This document shows positions 18,348 through 28,259 of a stretch of 64,000 bases of DNA, one piece after another; the stretch's first letter is position 1, and every line of letters begins with the position of its first letter. The notes under the pieces were generated by a model that searched no databases, was not told the DNA's origin, and saw nothing but the letters and a program-made list of their open reading frames with translations. The stretch comes from Polyangiales bacterium (GTDB lineage Bacteria > Myxococcota_A > Polyangia > Polyangiales > Polyangiaceae), in NCBI GenBank assembly GCA_038231275.1, contig JBBRLQ010000002.1, forward strand, positions 160,001 to 224,000. Reading direction: 5' to 3'. The position numbers were made by a program, and so were the translations under genes.

Positions 18348-20602
18348 CACCGTGACGCCGCCGCCGCGAGGCGATGGGAGGCGGCGCGGCGAAGGTCCCC
18401 GGTGACCTCGAACGCGCGCGCGGCGCGCTCGTGGAGCAGCGCGTCGGTCGGCGACAAATCGGCGCGCGCGTCGAGGGCCGTCGCGGTGCGCGCCGGTGAC
18501 GCGAGCTCGATCAACGTGTCGTAGGCGCGCGGCGCGCCGGGCACCGCGCGCACGAAGCGCTCCGCGGCCTCGCGTGCCTCGTCGCGGCGATCGGCGCGCA
18601 TGAGCGCGTGCACGAACGCGTCGTGGGCCTCGGCGTCGTCGGGGCGCTCCTCCGTCCGCGTTCGCAGCTGCCAAATCGTGTGCGGATCGGGCGTCTCCGA
18701 GGCCGGAACGCGGAGCGGCAGGACCCCGGGACCGCCGACAGTGCCCGCCTCCGGCGTGAGGAGAAACGGATAGACGACCGACACGATCCCCCCTTCGGGT
18801 GTCGGAAACGCCATGTCGCGAAACACGTCGGCGACGCACGCCACGACCGCGGCGTCAGGGAGATCCGAGCCCGCGTCCGCCGCCGCGACGACCGCGCCGT
18901 CGCGACCGATGACGAACTTGATCGCGACGCGCCCTGCGAGCGTCGGGTTGGCGCGCAGCCCTTGCTCGTAGCAGAAGGAGACACGCGCGCGGTTCATGTG
19001 GACGATGTGCTGGATGCGCTCGGCGGGGAACCGACCGGTGACCTGTACGAAGGCCATGCGCAGCGCGATCGGCCGGGCGACGTGACCGGCGAGGACCCCG
19101 GGCGCGCTCGAGGTAGTGGCGATGGGACCGACTTGCTTGGGGGGCGCGGATCGCACGGCGCGCGCGATGCCGTTCTCGAGGAACATCTCGTCGCTCTCGA
19201 GCACGAGCCACGACGCGGACTTGGCGAGGACCTTGTGCGCGCGCGCGATCGCGCCGGCGGCGGCGAGGCTCTTCGCGTCCCCCTTGGCCTCGAGGGCGTC
19301 CACGCGCGTCTGCGCGAGGAGCGCGTCGGCGCGCGCGACGTCACGTGCGATGACCTTCACCTGGTGCGTCGACGAGTACGACCGCCCCTGAATCGCGCCG
19401 CGGATCGTGAGATCTCCGTGTGGCGCGCCTTTCACGACGCCAATCGCCACGAGCGGCTCGCCGAGACCGATGCGCTCGGGCAGGGGCGTCGCGAGCGCGA
19501 GGCCTGCCGGGAGATCGATCGACGGCGCGCGCAGGCTCGACGCATGGAGACGCCTTGCGAGCGCGGCGGCGGGAGCGTGGGGAGGCGAGCCGACTGCGTC
19601 GTTCGCGTCATCGAAGGTGCCTGCGACGGCACGCGCGAGTGAAGCGAGCTCGCCGAGGTCGACGTCCCCGACGCGGACCGCGCGAAGCTCCGCCCCTTCC
19701 CCGAGCGAGGTCCGCACGCGCGCGGCGACGTCGGAGGGATTCAGCGCACCCGACGTCGCGCGGCCGGAGCCGAGCCAAACGATCTGACCTTCGGCGCCCA
19801 CGCGCGCGGCCGCCTCCGCGACGCCGCCGGCCACGTCCCGCGCACCACCTCCTCGCGGCGCCGCCATCCACGCGTCGAGATCGGCGACCGACGCGTCGAC
19901 CTTCACGGCGAGGCCCGCCGACGGGAACGACGCGCACGCGCTGTCGCACACGAGGACCGCGAAGCGCTCGCCGTTCGAGAGCGTTCCCACGAGCTCGCGT
20001 GCGATCGCCTCCGCGCGCGCGATCGCCCGTGGTCCTTGCCCGCGACTTGCATCGATCGCGATCGCGCGCGCCCTCGGCAGCGTCTCTGGCAACGCGGAGG
20101 TCGGCACGCGAAGGACGAAGCCTTCGCGCCCGAGCGTCAGCTCCGCGTCGCCGGTCGGCGCCGCAGGAGCGACCTCGTCGTACGCGAGCATGATCCTCCT
20201 CGACCCATGCGCCGGGACCGGGAAAATCTTGATCTGAACCGATCCATCCGCGAGGCGCTCCACGAGCGCCGGATCGCGCGGCGTCGGCCGGTCCACGATG
20301 CCGCTGAAGATTCGGCGCGAGCGCTCGGCCTCGAGAACCTCTCCTTCTATCAGGGTCCCGTCGACGTCCAGCGCGACACGCGAGAGCGCGGCGCCCTTGG
20401 GCAGGTGCACGACGTACCGCGCCTCGAGCTGCATCGGCGTAGAGTTCTCGACGACGTCCTCACGCTCGGTCCGAAGGAGCCCCGCGTCCTCCGCGACGCG
20501 AACGACGCCCGGCACGACGCGCATCCCGTCCACAGTCTGGCTCGTCCCCGGGACGCGCGCGCTGACCGCCGAGACGAGCGCCAAAACCAGGGGCAAGCTC
20601 AT
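18347..20602 (-). CDS. VIT + degenerate vWA + AgmX/PglI C-terminal-like + TPR protein
   Basis: ENSTPMQLEARY..LPKGAALSRVAL..RDPALVE..KIFPVPA (VIT); AIDAS (degenerate vWA); CYEQGLRANPTLAGRVAIKFVIGRDG..FPTPEGG..VYPF. Confidence 0.75.
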   Translation of the reverse strand: MSLPLVLALVSAVSARVPGTSQTVDGMRVVPGVVRVAEDAGLLRTEREDVVENSTPMQLEARYVVHLPKGAALSRVALDVDGTLIEGEVLEAERSRRIFSGIVDRPTPRDPALVERLADGSVQIKIFPVPAHGSRRIMLAYDEVAPAAPTGDAELTLGREGFVLRVPTSALPETLPRARAIAIDASRGQGPRAIARAEAIARELVGTLSNGERFAVLVCDSACASFPSAGLAVKVDASVADLDAWMAAPRGGGARDVAGGVAEAAARVGAEGQIVWLGSGRATSGALNPSDVAARVRTSLGEGAELRAVRVGDVDLGELASLARAVAGTFDDANDAVGSPPHAPAAALARRLHASSLRAPSIDLPAGLALATPLPERIGLGEPLVAIGVVKGAPHGDLTIRGAIQGRSYSSTHQVKVIARDVARADALLAQTRVDALEAKGDAKSLAAAGAIARAHKVLAKSASWLVLESDEMFLENGIARAVRSAPPKQVGPIATTSSAPGVLAGHVARPIALRMAFVQVTGRFPAERIQHIVHMNRARVSFCYEQGLRANPTLAGRVAIKFVIGRDGAVVAAADAGSDLPDAAVVACVADVFRDMAFPTPEGGIVSVVYPFLLTPEAGTVGGPGVLPLRVPASETPDPHTIWQLRTRTEERPDDAEAHDAFVHALMRADRRDEAREAAERFVRAVPGAPRAYDTLIELASPARTATALDARADLSPTDALLHERAARAFEVTGDLRRAASHRLAAAASR

Positions 20603-20607
20603 GCCCG

Positions 20608-20636
20608 TTGGACCGCGCGCGACACCGAGAAGTTCC
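20608..20636 (-). promoter_or_regulatory. SigmaE-type ECF promoter GGAACTT-N16-GTCCAA
   Basis: Minus-strand motif ending 5 nt before ATG 20602. Confidence 0.55.
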
Positions 20637-20653
20637 CGCGCTATTTTCCCCGG

Positions 20654-20872
20654 GTGTCCGAACGCGATCCCGCTGTCGAGGCGGCCCTCCGAAAAGCGAG
20701 CGACGAGAACGGCCTCGACCCCGACTACCGCGACTGCGTGCGCCCCCTCCTCCGCGACCCCGACGGCCGCTGGCCCGAGTGCTGCGGCGGCAGCTGCGAG
20801 CCGTGCTCCGCCCTCCTCACGCGCGTGGCCTCGCGCACGCTGGATCTGCTCGGAACGCCCCGTAAGAGCTAG
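20654..20872 (+). CDS. 72-aa Cys-rich protein with CCGGSCEPC motif (oxidoreductase-like N-terminal domain-like)
   Basis: GTG at 20654 in frame with ORF 20036..20872, preceded by TATTTT-N6; fills the gap between divergent genes. Confidence 0.65.
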   Translation: MSERDPAVEAALRKASDENGLDPDYRDCVRPLLRDPDGRWPECCGGSCEPCSALLTRVASRTLDLLGTPRKS

Positions 20873-20881
20873 ACTGCAGGG

Positions 20882-22531
20882 ATGACCTCACGCCGACGCG
20901 GGCACCTCGTCTGGATCACGCTCCTGGCCGGGCTCCTCTGGGTGCCCGCGCCCGGCTGCGGCTCGAGCGCGCCGGGCTCCGGCTTCTCCGATCCGGACGC
21001 GGGAGGCGACGGCAACGTAGGCGGCGAGGCGGGCAACTGCTCGTCGCCCAGCCGCACATGCAGCGGCGCGTGCATCGACGTGACGAGCGATCCGGCGAAC
21101 TGCGGCGACTGCGGGCGCACGTGCGACAACGGCTCTCCGTGCTGCGGCGGCATCTGCGTGCAGGCCGCGGCGTGCTCGTTCGCGATCACGAAGGTCTCGC
21201 AATTTCGCCTTTACCTGAGCGGTTCGCAGTGGGTGACCCTGACCGGCGCAGGCTTCGTCCCCGGGATGAAGGTCACCGTCGGCGACGGTCGCGCGGTCGT
21301 CCGCGTGCTCGACGACAAGACCGCGCTCATCCTCACGCCCCCCGCGCCCGCCGGCATCGTCGACGCGCGCATCGACGCCGCCGGGAAGACCGCGACGCTG
21401 AAGAACGCGTTCCAGTACGAGACGGCCGGCCTCGGCACGCCGTGGAAGCAACGCCCCATGCGCGTCGTCCGCGGAGAAGATCCCGGCATCGCCGTACTGC
21501 AAGACGGCCGCGTCCTCATCGCCGGCGGCACCCGCGTTCCCGACAACGGGAGCCTCACGCTCGCCGACGGTACCGCCAACGACGCCCTCACCACCGCCGA
21601 GATCTACACGCGCGCGACCGAGGTCGTGACCCCCGTGACCGGCACGATGAGCGCGCCGCGCTGGCACGACTCCGCGGTCACATTGATGAACGGCAAGGTG
21701 CTGGTGGTCGGCGCGACGTGCACCGCGAGCCCGTGTCCCGGCGCGCTCACCGCAGATTTGTTCGATCCGACGACGAACACGTTCACGCCGAGCAAGTCGC
21801 CGCTCAAGGTCGAGCGCGAGTACACGCGCGCCGTGCTCCTCCCCGACGGGCGCGTCCTCATCGCGTCGGCTGGCGAACCGACGCTGGAGATTTACGATCC
21901 CGACGCCGACACGTTCACCCAAGTGCCGCACACCGTCGTTCACACGTTCGGGTTCATGGTCCGCCTCCGCGACGGGCGCGTCCTCTTCGGCGGCGGCGAC
22001 GGCGGCGCCAGCCCGGCGGTCACGGCCGCGGAGGTGTTCGATCCCGACACGAACGCGATCACGTCCGTCGGCGCGCTCCAGCAAGGTCGCTCGATGCTCA
22101 CCGCCCACACGTTGCCCGACGGTCGCGCGCTCGTCATCGGCGGCGCGAGCTTCAGCGCCGGCGGCATCCACGCGCCGCTCGACTCCATCGAGGCGTTCGA
22201 TCCGAAGACCGCGCAGTTCACGACGATGCCGTACAAGCTCTCGATCGGCCGCACCTGGCACGCCAGCGCGCTCGTGCGCGACGGGAGCGTCCTCGTCATG
22301 GGCGGGTACACCGTCGATGCGAAGTGCGACTCGCTCTCGCCGAGCGTCGATCAGGTGGATCCTGCCGCCGGCAAGTCCATCGTCTTCGATCCGCTGCCCA
22401 ACGCGAATTGCGAGTGGACGGCGGTGACGCTCCTCGACGGCTCGGTCCTCGGCGTCGGCGGCGGCGCGTGCGGGACGTCGAGCGCGCTGCCCGATCTCGA
22501 TTTTTTGCCGGGCGCGCCCGAGACGAAGTGA
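20882..22531 (+). CDS. Lipoprotein with Cys-rich module, IPT/TIG domain and kelch beta-propeller
   Basis: APGC lipobox; CIDVTSDPANCGDCGRTC; VTLTGAGF..AFQY; repeated LxDGRVLIxGG..AExYDP. Confidence 0.85.
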   Translation: MTSRRRGHLVWITLLAGLLWVPAPGCGSSAPGSGFSDPDAGGDGNVGGEAGNCSSPSRTCSGACIDVTSDPANCGDCGRTCDNGSPCCGGICVQAAACSFAITKVSQFRLYLSGSQWVTLTGAGFVPGMKVTVGDGRAVVRVLDDKTALILTPPAPAGIVDARIDAAGKTATLKNAFQYETAGLGTPWKQRPMRVVRGEDPGIAVLQDGRVLIAGGTRVPDNGSLTLADGTANDALTTAEIYTRATEVVTPVTGTMSAPRWHDSAVTLMNGKVLVVGATCTASPCPGALTADLFDPTTNTFTPSKSPLKVEREYTRAVLLPDGRVLIASAGEPTLEIYDPDADTFTQVPHTVVHTFGFMVRLRDGRVLFGGGDGGASPAVTAAEVFDPDTNAITSVGALQQGRSMLTAHTLPDGRALVIGGASFSAGGIHAPLDSIEAFDPKTAQFTTMPYKLSIGRTWHASALVRDGSVLVMGGYTVDAKCDSLSPSVDQVDPAAGKSIVFDPLPNANCEWTAVTLLDGSVLGVGGGACGTSSALPDLDFLPGAPETK

Positions 22532-22804
22532 AGCCCGCCGCCCCCACCTGGATCATTTCGGTGTGAGCGCACCTGGCGCCGAAATGAGATCGATTCGATC
22601 ACAGACCGACATGTCGCCGAGCGCGAGTCGATCACGGTCTCGGCGACGTCGCAATCTTCACAACTGGCGTGGATTCCCGGCAGAGGTGCGCGTCGCGGCG
22701 CCGGATGGGGCGGCGGCGGGTGGCCACACGAGAAGCCGGCCCGGTTCGTGCGTAGGGGTTAGTGACCGCGAGGACCGACGCGCTGTGCGAGCGTCTGGAG
22801 GACC

Positions 22805-24883
22805 ATGAAAGCTCACCGACATTTCGCCACCCGAATCCTTCCTATCGCCGCCACGATCCTCGGCGTCGCGCTGGCGGCGTGCGGAGACAGCGCCACCGAC
22901 AGCCTGAGCAGCGGAGGCCCGCACGGAAATCCCGCCGACGCGAGCGCGGACGCAGACGACGCCGGCGTCGATCCCGACGGCGGACCGCCGGCCGCGCCGT
23001 TCGAAGCGGTCGGCCCGTCGGTCTACGTGCCGCGCGTGAAGAACCTCATGACCGGCCTCGCGGCGACGGACGCCGAGGTCAACGCCGTCGTCGCGGACCC
23101 GAACGCGCTGCGCACGCTCATCGATCAGTGGATGACGCTGCCCGAGTTCCAGGGTCGCATGCTCGACTTCTTCCGGAACGCGTTCCAGCAGAACCAGGTC
23201 GTCACCAGCGCGCTGATGGCCAACCTCGGGCTCAACTTCCAGGTGAACCCCGCCGTCGCGAAGCAGCTCGAACGCAACATCATGGACAGCTTCCCGATGA
23301 CCGTTTGGGAGATGGTCAAGGCCGGGACGCCGCTCAACACGGCGGTCACGACGAACCAGTACATGATGACGACGGCGATGATGAGCCTCCTCTCGTACGC
23401 CGACGACATCGCGGTCGACGACAAGGGCAAGACGACGAACCGCCCGCTGGGGCGCACGGCGATCCCGGCGACCGGCTTCACGATCGACCCGAAGTCGACC
23501 GCCACGCTCGCGCAGTCGCTGACCGTGGGCGACCCGAACTACATGACCTTCAACCTGCCCGCGACCTTCGCCGGGTGCACGACGCTCACGCCGTACACGT
23601 TCAACACGGCGAACCAGATGTACCAGCAGCTGTTCGGCTTCCTTCTCGGACGATCGCCCTACCCGCCGTGCATCGCGAACAACAACAGCACGACGTTCAC
23701 GTCGCAGTTCGCCGACACGGATTTCTCGGACTGGCGCCTCGTCACGCTCAACACGACGACGACCAACACGACGCCGAACTTCTTCGACATCATCAAGATC
23801 CGCGCCGCCAACGCGATGAGCCTGCACACGCAGCGCATCGGGTACTTCGGCACGATGGCGTTCGACGCGAACTGGGGCACCAACACGAGCAACGAGGCGC
23901 GCGTCACCGCGAACCAGTCGCTCATCGTGGCCATCGGCGAGAGCATCCTCGGCGAGGACACGATCGTGAAGTTCCCGGTCAACGCCACCGACGCGAACCA
24001 CGCGACGAACCCGGCCTGCGCGGGCTGTCACAGCCAGCTCGACCCGTTCAAGCAGTACTTCCGCCAGTCCTACTCGCTCACCTACCACGACCAGACGGAC
24101 ACGACGCAGCTGTCCCAGCCGGCCGGCTTCAACATCGGCGGCGTGACGACGACGGGTCAGGGGGTCGGCGATCTGTCGAAGACGCTGGCCTCGCATCCGC
24201 GCTTCCAGCTGGCGTGGGCGCAGAAGCTCTACTTCTGGGGCACCTCCACCCCGGCGCTCGAGGACGATCCCGAGCTCGTGCGCATCGCCGGCGTTTTCGC
24301 GAAGGCGAACTACGACTTCAAGACCCTCGCCCGCGAGGTCTTCTCGTCGCCGCTGCTCACGCTGGCATCGGGCACCAAGACGACGCAGACCAACGGCGTC
24401 ATCCTCAGCATCGCGCGCCGCGACCAGTTCTGCGCCGCGCTCTCCAACCGCATGGGCCTCGCCGACGTGTGCGGAATGGAGACGGTGAAGCCGACGAGCG
24501 CGCAGAACACCATCGCGTCGCGCGCGCTCCTCATGCCGGTCGACACCTATTACCGCGCGTACGCGCTGCCGTCGTACCCGACAAACCCCGATCTGTTCTT
24601 CCGTGACAGCGTCGAGTCGATCTGCCGGCTCGTGGCCGACCAAGTCGTCGACGTCGCGGCGGGCAGCAAGTACAGCAGCAAGTCGAGCGATCAGGCGATG
24701 AGCGACTTCGTGGCGACGGTCATGGGCGTCCCGCCCTCCGACCCGCGCTCGTCGCCGGCCATCGCCATCTTGAAGGACAACTACACCGCGGCGCTGGCGG
24801 CCAAGGCCACGCCCACCGACTCGCTGAAATCGACCTTCACGCTGGCGTGCATCGCGCCCTCCAGCATCGCGATGGGGCTCTAG
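22805..24883 (+). CDS. Large lipoprotein with single CxxCH (DUF1588/DUF1585-like cytochrome-type protein)
   Basis: GGAGG RBS; LAAC lipobox; HATNPACAGCHSQLDP; FQLAWAQKLYFW..YDFKTLAREVFSSP. Confidence 0.7.
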   Translation: MKAHRHFATRILPIAATILGVALAACGDSATDSLSSGGPHGNPADASADADDAGVDPDGGPPAAPFEAVGPSVYVPRVKNLMTGLAATDAEVNAVVADPNALRTLIDQWMTLPEFQGRMLDFFRNAFQQNQVVTSALMANLGLNFQVNPAVAKQLERNIMDSFPMTVWEMVKAGTPLNTAVTTNQYMMTTAMMSLLSYADDIAVDDKGKTTNRPLGRTAIPATGFTIDPKSTATLAQSLTVGDPNYMTFNLPATFAGCTTLTPYTFNTANQMYQQLFGFLLGRSPYPPCIANNNSTTFTSQFADTDFSDWRLVTLNTTTTNTTPNFFDIIKIRAANAMSLHTQRIGYFGTMAFDANWGTNTSNEARVTANQSLIVAIGESILGEDTIVKFPVNATDANHATNPACAGCHSQLDPFKQYFRQSYSLTYHDQTDTTQLSQPAGFNIGGVTTTGQGVGDLSKTLASHPRFQLAWAQKLYFWGTSTPALEDDPELVRIAGVFAKANYDFKTLAREVFSSPLLTLASGTKTTQTNGVILSIARRDQFCAALSNRMGLADVCGMETVKPTSAQNTIASRALLMPVDTYYRAYALPSYPTNPDLFFRDSVESICRLVADQVVDVAAGSKYSSKSSDQAMSDFVATVMGVPPSDPRSSPAIAILKDNYTAALAAKATPTDSLKSTFTLACIAPSSIAMGL

Positions 24884-24892
24884 GAGGAACGC

Positions 24893-26215
24893 ATGGAACC
24901 TTCACGTCGCAAGCTGCTTCTCTCGGGACTTTTCGGCGCCGGCTGGGTCGGCCTCCGCGCCCTCGCGACCGGCCTCCCGGTCTCCCTCCTCACCGGCGCC
25001 GTCGGCGAGCGCGAAGCACGCGCGGACACACCGCCGGCCTGCGGGGCCAAGCCGCAGTACCTTCTCCTCCTCACGTCGGGCAGCGGCGATCCGCTGAACG
25101 CCAACGTCCCCGGGTGCTACGCGGACGCGGGCATCTACCACTCCGCGCTGCCGACGATGGCGCCGACGCAGATGACGGTCGGCGGACAGCAGGTCACCGC
25201 AGCGCTCCCGTGGACGACGCTGCCCGCGAGCATCCTGGCGCGGACGAGCTTCTTCCACCACGCGACGTACACGAACTCGCACGGCGACGCGGCGAAGGTG
25301 AATCGCCTCATGGGCGCCGTCCAGCGCCAGGAGATGCTCGCCTCGCTCATCGCGAAGAACCTCGCGCCGTGCCTCAAGACGATCCAGGCGCAGCCGGTCG
25401 TCCTGAACAACAACCTCATCACGTACAACGGCAGCGTGCTGCCGATCCTCAGCCCGCCGAACCTGCAGGCGGCGCTGGCGGCTCCGACCGGCCCGCTCGC
25501 GCAGCTCCAGCAGATCCGCGACGCGCACGTCGACCAGCTGAACGCGCTGTTCAAGCAGACCGGCAACATCGCGCAGAAGCAGATCCTCGACTCGTACGCG
25601 CTCTCGCAGACCCAGGCGCGCTCGCTCTCGCAGCAGCTCCTCAGCGATCTGTCGTCGATCAAGGGGACCACCCGCGCCGACACGAACATCGCCACCGCGG
25701 TGCTCTTCAAGATGAACGTGAGCCCGGTCGCCGTCGCCACGTACAGCTTCGGCGGTGACAACCACACCGACAACGCGCTCACCAACGAGTCGAACGAGCT
25801 CGTCAACAGCACCACGGCGCTGGCCGATCTGATGACGCGCCTGACGTCGTACGGCCTGCAGGACAGCGTGACGATCGCGATGCAGAACGTCTTCGGTCGC
25901 ACGCTCTCGATCCAGAGCCACAGCGCCAACCCCGACGGCCGAAACCACAACGCCAACCACCACTGCTCGGTGCTCATCGGCGCCGGCATCAAGTCGTCGC
26001 TCATCGGCGGCGTGGCGCTCCAGACCGGCGGCCGCGATTACCGCGCGACCGGCTTCGACTCGGCGACCGGCAAGTCGAACGACGGCGGCGACGTGCCCTA
26101 CGAGAACACGCTCGGCTCCGTCGGCAAGACGCTCGGCCTCGCGTGCGGCGTCGCGCAGACCGAGCTCGACAAGCAGATCACGCTCGGCAAGGTCATCCCG
26201 GCCGCGCTCGTCTAG
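24893..26215 (+). CDS. Tat-exported DUF1501/DUF1552-like protein
   Basis: GGAGG RBS; SRRKLL twin-arginine signal; GGDNH, NVFGRT, DGRNHNANHH, LIGAGIK motifs; co-oriented with the previous gene. Confidence 0.7.
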   Translation: MEPSRRKLLLSGLFGAGWVGLRALATGLPVSLLTGAVGEREARADTPPACGAKPQYLLLLTSGSGDPLNANVPGCYADAGIYHSALPTMAPTQMTVGGQQVTAALPWTTLPASILARTSFFHHATYTNSHGDAAKVNRLMGAVQRQEMLASLIAKNLAPCLKTIQAQPVVLNNNLITYNGSVLPILSPPNLQAALAAPTGPLAQLQQIRDAHVDQLNALFKQTGNIAQKQILDSYALSQTQARSLSQQLLSDLSSIKGTTRADTNIATAVLFKMNVSPVAVATYSFGGDNHTDNALTNESNELVNSTTALADLMTRLTSYGLQDSVTIAMQNVFGRTLSIQSHSANPDGRNHNANHHCSVLIGAGIKSSLIGGVALQTGGRDYRATGFDSATGKSNDGGDVPYENTLGSVGKTLGLACGVAQTELDKQITLGKVIPAALV

Positions 26216-26248
26216 CGGAGCTGAGCGAAGCGCAGCGGACGCTCAAGC

Positions 26249-26313
26249 CCTGACCGGAAAAGCCGGTCAGGACTCTCCGCCAGGAGTCGTTTCGCTGCGC
26301 TGCGCTCCACTCA
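26249..26313. repeat. REP-like perfect hairpin CCTGACCGG-AAAAG-CCGGTCAGG with CGTTTCGCT..GCTCCACTCA flank
   Basis: 9-bp perfect stem between convergent genes; second copy at 18297. Confidence 0.7.
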
Positions 26314-26925
26314 GCGCGCGAGGTCGATGGCCTCGCGCAGCGTCTTCGCACGGCACATCACGGCGGTGACGTCGCCGAAGGCCACCGTGTCGCCCGGATC
26401 GATGTCGACGAGCTCCTGGCCCAGGATCTTGCGGCCGTTCACGCGCGTGCCGTTCTTGCTGTCGTTGTCGCCGACGAAGTAGGCGCCGGAGTCGTCGCAG
26501 TTGAGCCATGCATGGCGCTGCGAGACGCTCCAGTGCTTCAGCACGATGTCGGACGCGGGTGAGCGGCCGACCCAAACGCGGCTGGTCAGAGAATCGCGCC
26601 CGGTATTGCGCTTGGTCAGGACGACGAGGAAGTGAGTCCCCGCCTCGAGCGCTGCGCGCAGCTTCTCGGGATCCTCTTTCTTGGCGGCACCGCGGCGCGA
26701 GCTGGGGGTCTTCGAGCCGATGAGGAGCGTGTTCGTGCTGCTGCCGCTGTCGGCCAAACGGGCGTCGACCACCTTCATCGCGGCCTCGAGCGCGGTCACG
26801 AGCTTGCCGTTCGGATCGTCCACTCGGACGAGGAGAAGAAGGACCTCCCCCAGCGGACCATGCACGATGTCGTCGCGTCGGCCCTCGCAGAAGTGGCCGG
26901 CGAGGTCTTTCGGCAAGAGCAGCAT
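26311..26925 (-). CDS. FHA domain protein
   Basis: VGRSPASDIVL..SVSQRHA..DNDSKNGTRVNG..PGDTVAFG. Confidence 0.9.
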   Translation of the reverse strand: MLLLPKDLAGHFCEGRRDDIVHGPLGEVLLLLVRVDDPNGKLVTALEAAMKVVDARLADSGSSTNTLLIGSKTPSSRRGAAKKEDPEKLRAALEAGTHFLVVLTKRNTGRDSLTSRVWVGRSPASDIVLKHWSVSQRHAWLNCDDSGAYFVGDNDSKNGTRVNGRKILGQELVDIDPGDTVAFGDVTAVMCRAKTLREAIDLAR

Positions 26926-27032
26926 GTTCGGACTAGTCAGCCATCACGCGCGACCTCGGGCAAGGGGAATTCGGCGGAGCGGCCTCACGAACTGATTAAT
27001 CGCCGTGGGCGCCCGGCCGTATTCCCGGCGTC

Positions 27033-28139
27033 ATGGCGCATGCCGTACGAATCTCGGCGGTCATTGCGGCCTGCGCGTTTCCCGCGCTCGGCTGCACGTC
27101 ACTCCTCGGCGATTACGAGCACGCCGATGGCGCTCTTGGTCAGGCCGCCGCGCCGGACGGCGGGACAGGGGGGCCCGCGGGACCGGACGGAGGGACGGTC
27201 GCCGACGACGCGAGGACCACCGTGGAGGCGGGACAGAGCGCCGACGTCGCCGGCCCCCCGCCCGCCGCTCTCGTCACAGGCCAGACCAACCTGCGCGGCC
27301 TCGTGGTCGACGCGGCCAATGTGTATTTTACACGTTACGAGCCCGCGGCCGACGTCACGCAGGTGCCGCTCGACGGCGGTGCTCCACTCTCGCTCGGCGC
27401 GGGGATCGACGGCGCGACGGCCCTCGCCCTCGACGGCGCGGGGCTCGTGTACTGGACTTCCGCAGCCTCGAACGGCACCTGGCAGCTCTTCGACGCGAAG
27501 ATCGGTGTCGCGGGCTCCGCGCGCGCTCTCCTGGCGCCCGTCCCGGCCGGCGTGCCACACGGCCTCGCGGTCGACGCGACGCGCACCTTCGTAGGACAGG
27601 TCTCGAGCAGCGGCTACGCGGCCGTCTTCTCGTTTCCGCACGTGGGAGGGCCACCCGCGACGCTCGCGAACGGCCCCGGCAAGCTCGGTGACGTCCGCGA
27701 GCGCGGTGGCGACGTCGTGTGGGCGGACACCGCGAACGGCCGCGTCTACTCCGTCTCCAAGAGTCCGGGAAGCAGCGTCGTCGCGTTGGCCACTGGCATG
27801 GTCCAACCGACCGAGCTCGTCGTCGCCGGCGACACCGTCATCTGGATCAACCACGGCGCGATCGGCGCGTCCTCGATCTCCGCCGCGACCGTCGGCGTCG
27901 CCGGCTCCCATCGCGTGCTCGCGAAGAGCCTCCCCTCCCCCGCCGGCATCGCGACCGACGGCGCCCGGGTCTTCTGGACCGACGCCGTCGCCGGCGAGCT
28001 TTTGTCGATGCGCCTCGACGGGGGCGACGTCCACCGCGAGATCGGCGGGATCGCTCAGCCCGGCGCGCTCGCGGTCACCGCCTCGCACCTCGTCTGGTAC
28101 GCCGCGGCGGACGGCTCGATTTGGGCGCGGGGGCGCTGA
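27033..28139 (+). CDS. Beta-propeller lipoprotein
   Basis: ALGC lipobox; repeated P/L-x-G-L/I-A-V-D...VYWT blades. Confidence 0.75.
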   Translation: MAHAVRISAVIAACAFPALGCTSLLGDYEHADGALGQAAAPDGGTGGPAGPDGGTVADDARTTVEAGQSADVAGPPPAALVTGQTNLRGLVVDAANVYFTRYEPAADVTQVPLDGGAPLSLGAGIDGATALALDGAGLVYWTSAASNGTWQLFDAKIGVAGSARALLAPVPAGVPHGLAVDATRTFVGQVSSSGYAAVFSFPHVGGPPATLANGPGKLGDVRERGGDVVWADTANGRVYSVSKSPGSSVVALATGMVQPTELVVAGDTVIWINHGAIGASSISAATVGVAGSHRVLAKSLPSPAGIATDGARVFWTDAVAGELLSMRLDGGDVHREIGGIAQPGALAVTASHLVWYAAADGSIWARGR

Positions 28140-28259
28140 GGCCGCGCCCTGACGGACCCCAGATCCGGGGTATCATTTACCTACATGTGCGTACGTTTCG
28201 CGCAGACCCCCTGCCCCATGCTGCTGCACGACGGAGGGAAACTCGGGCAAAGTGCAGGG

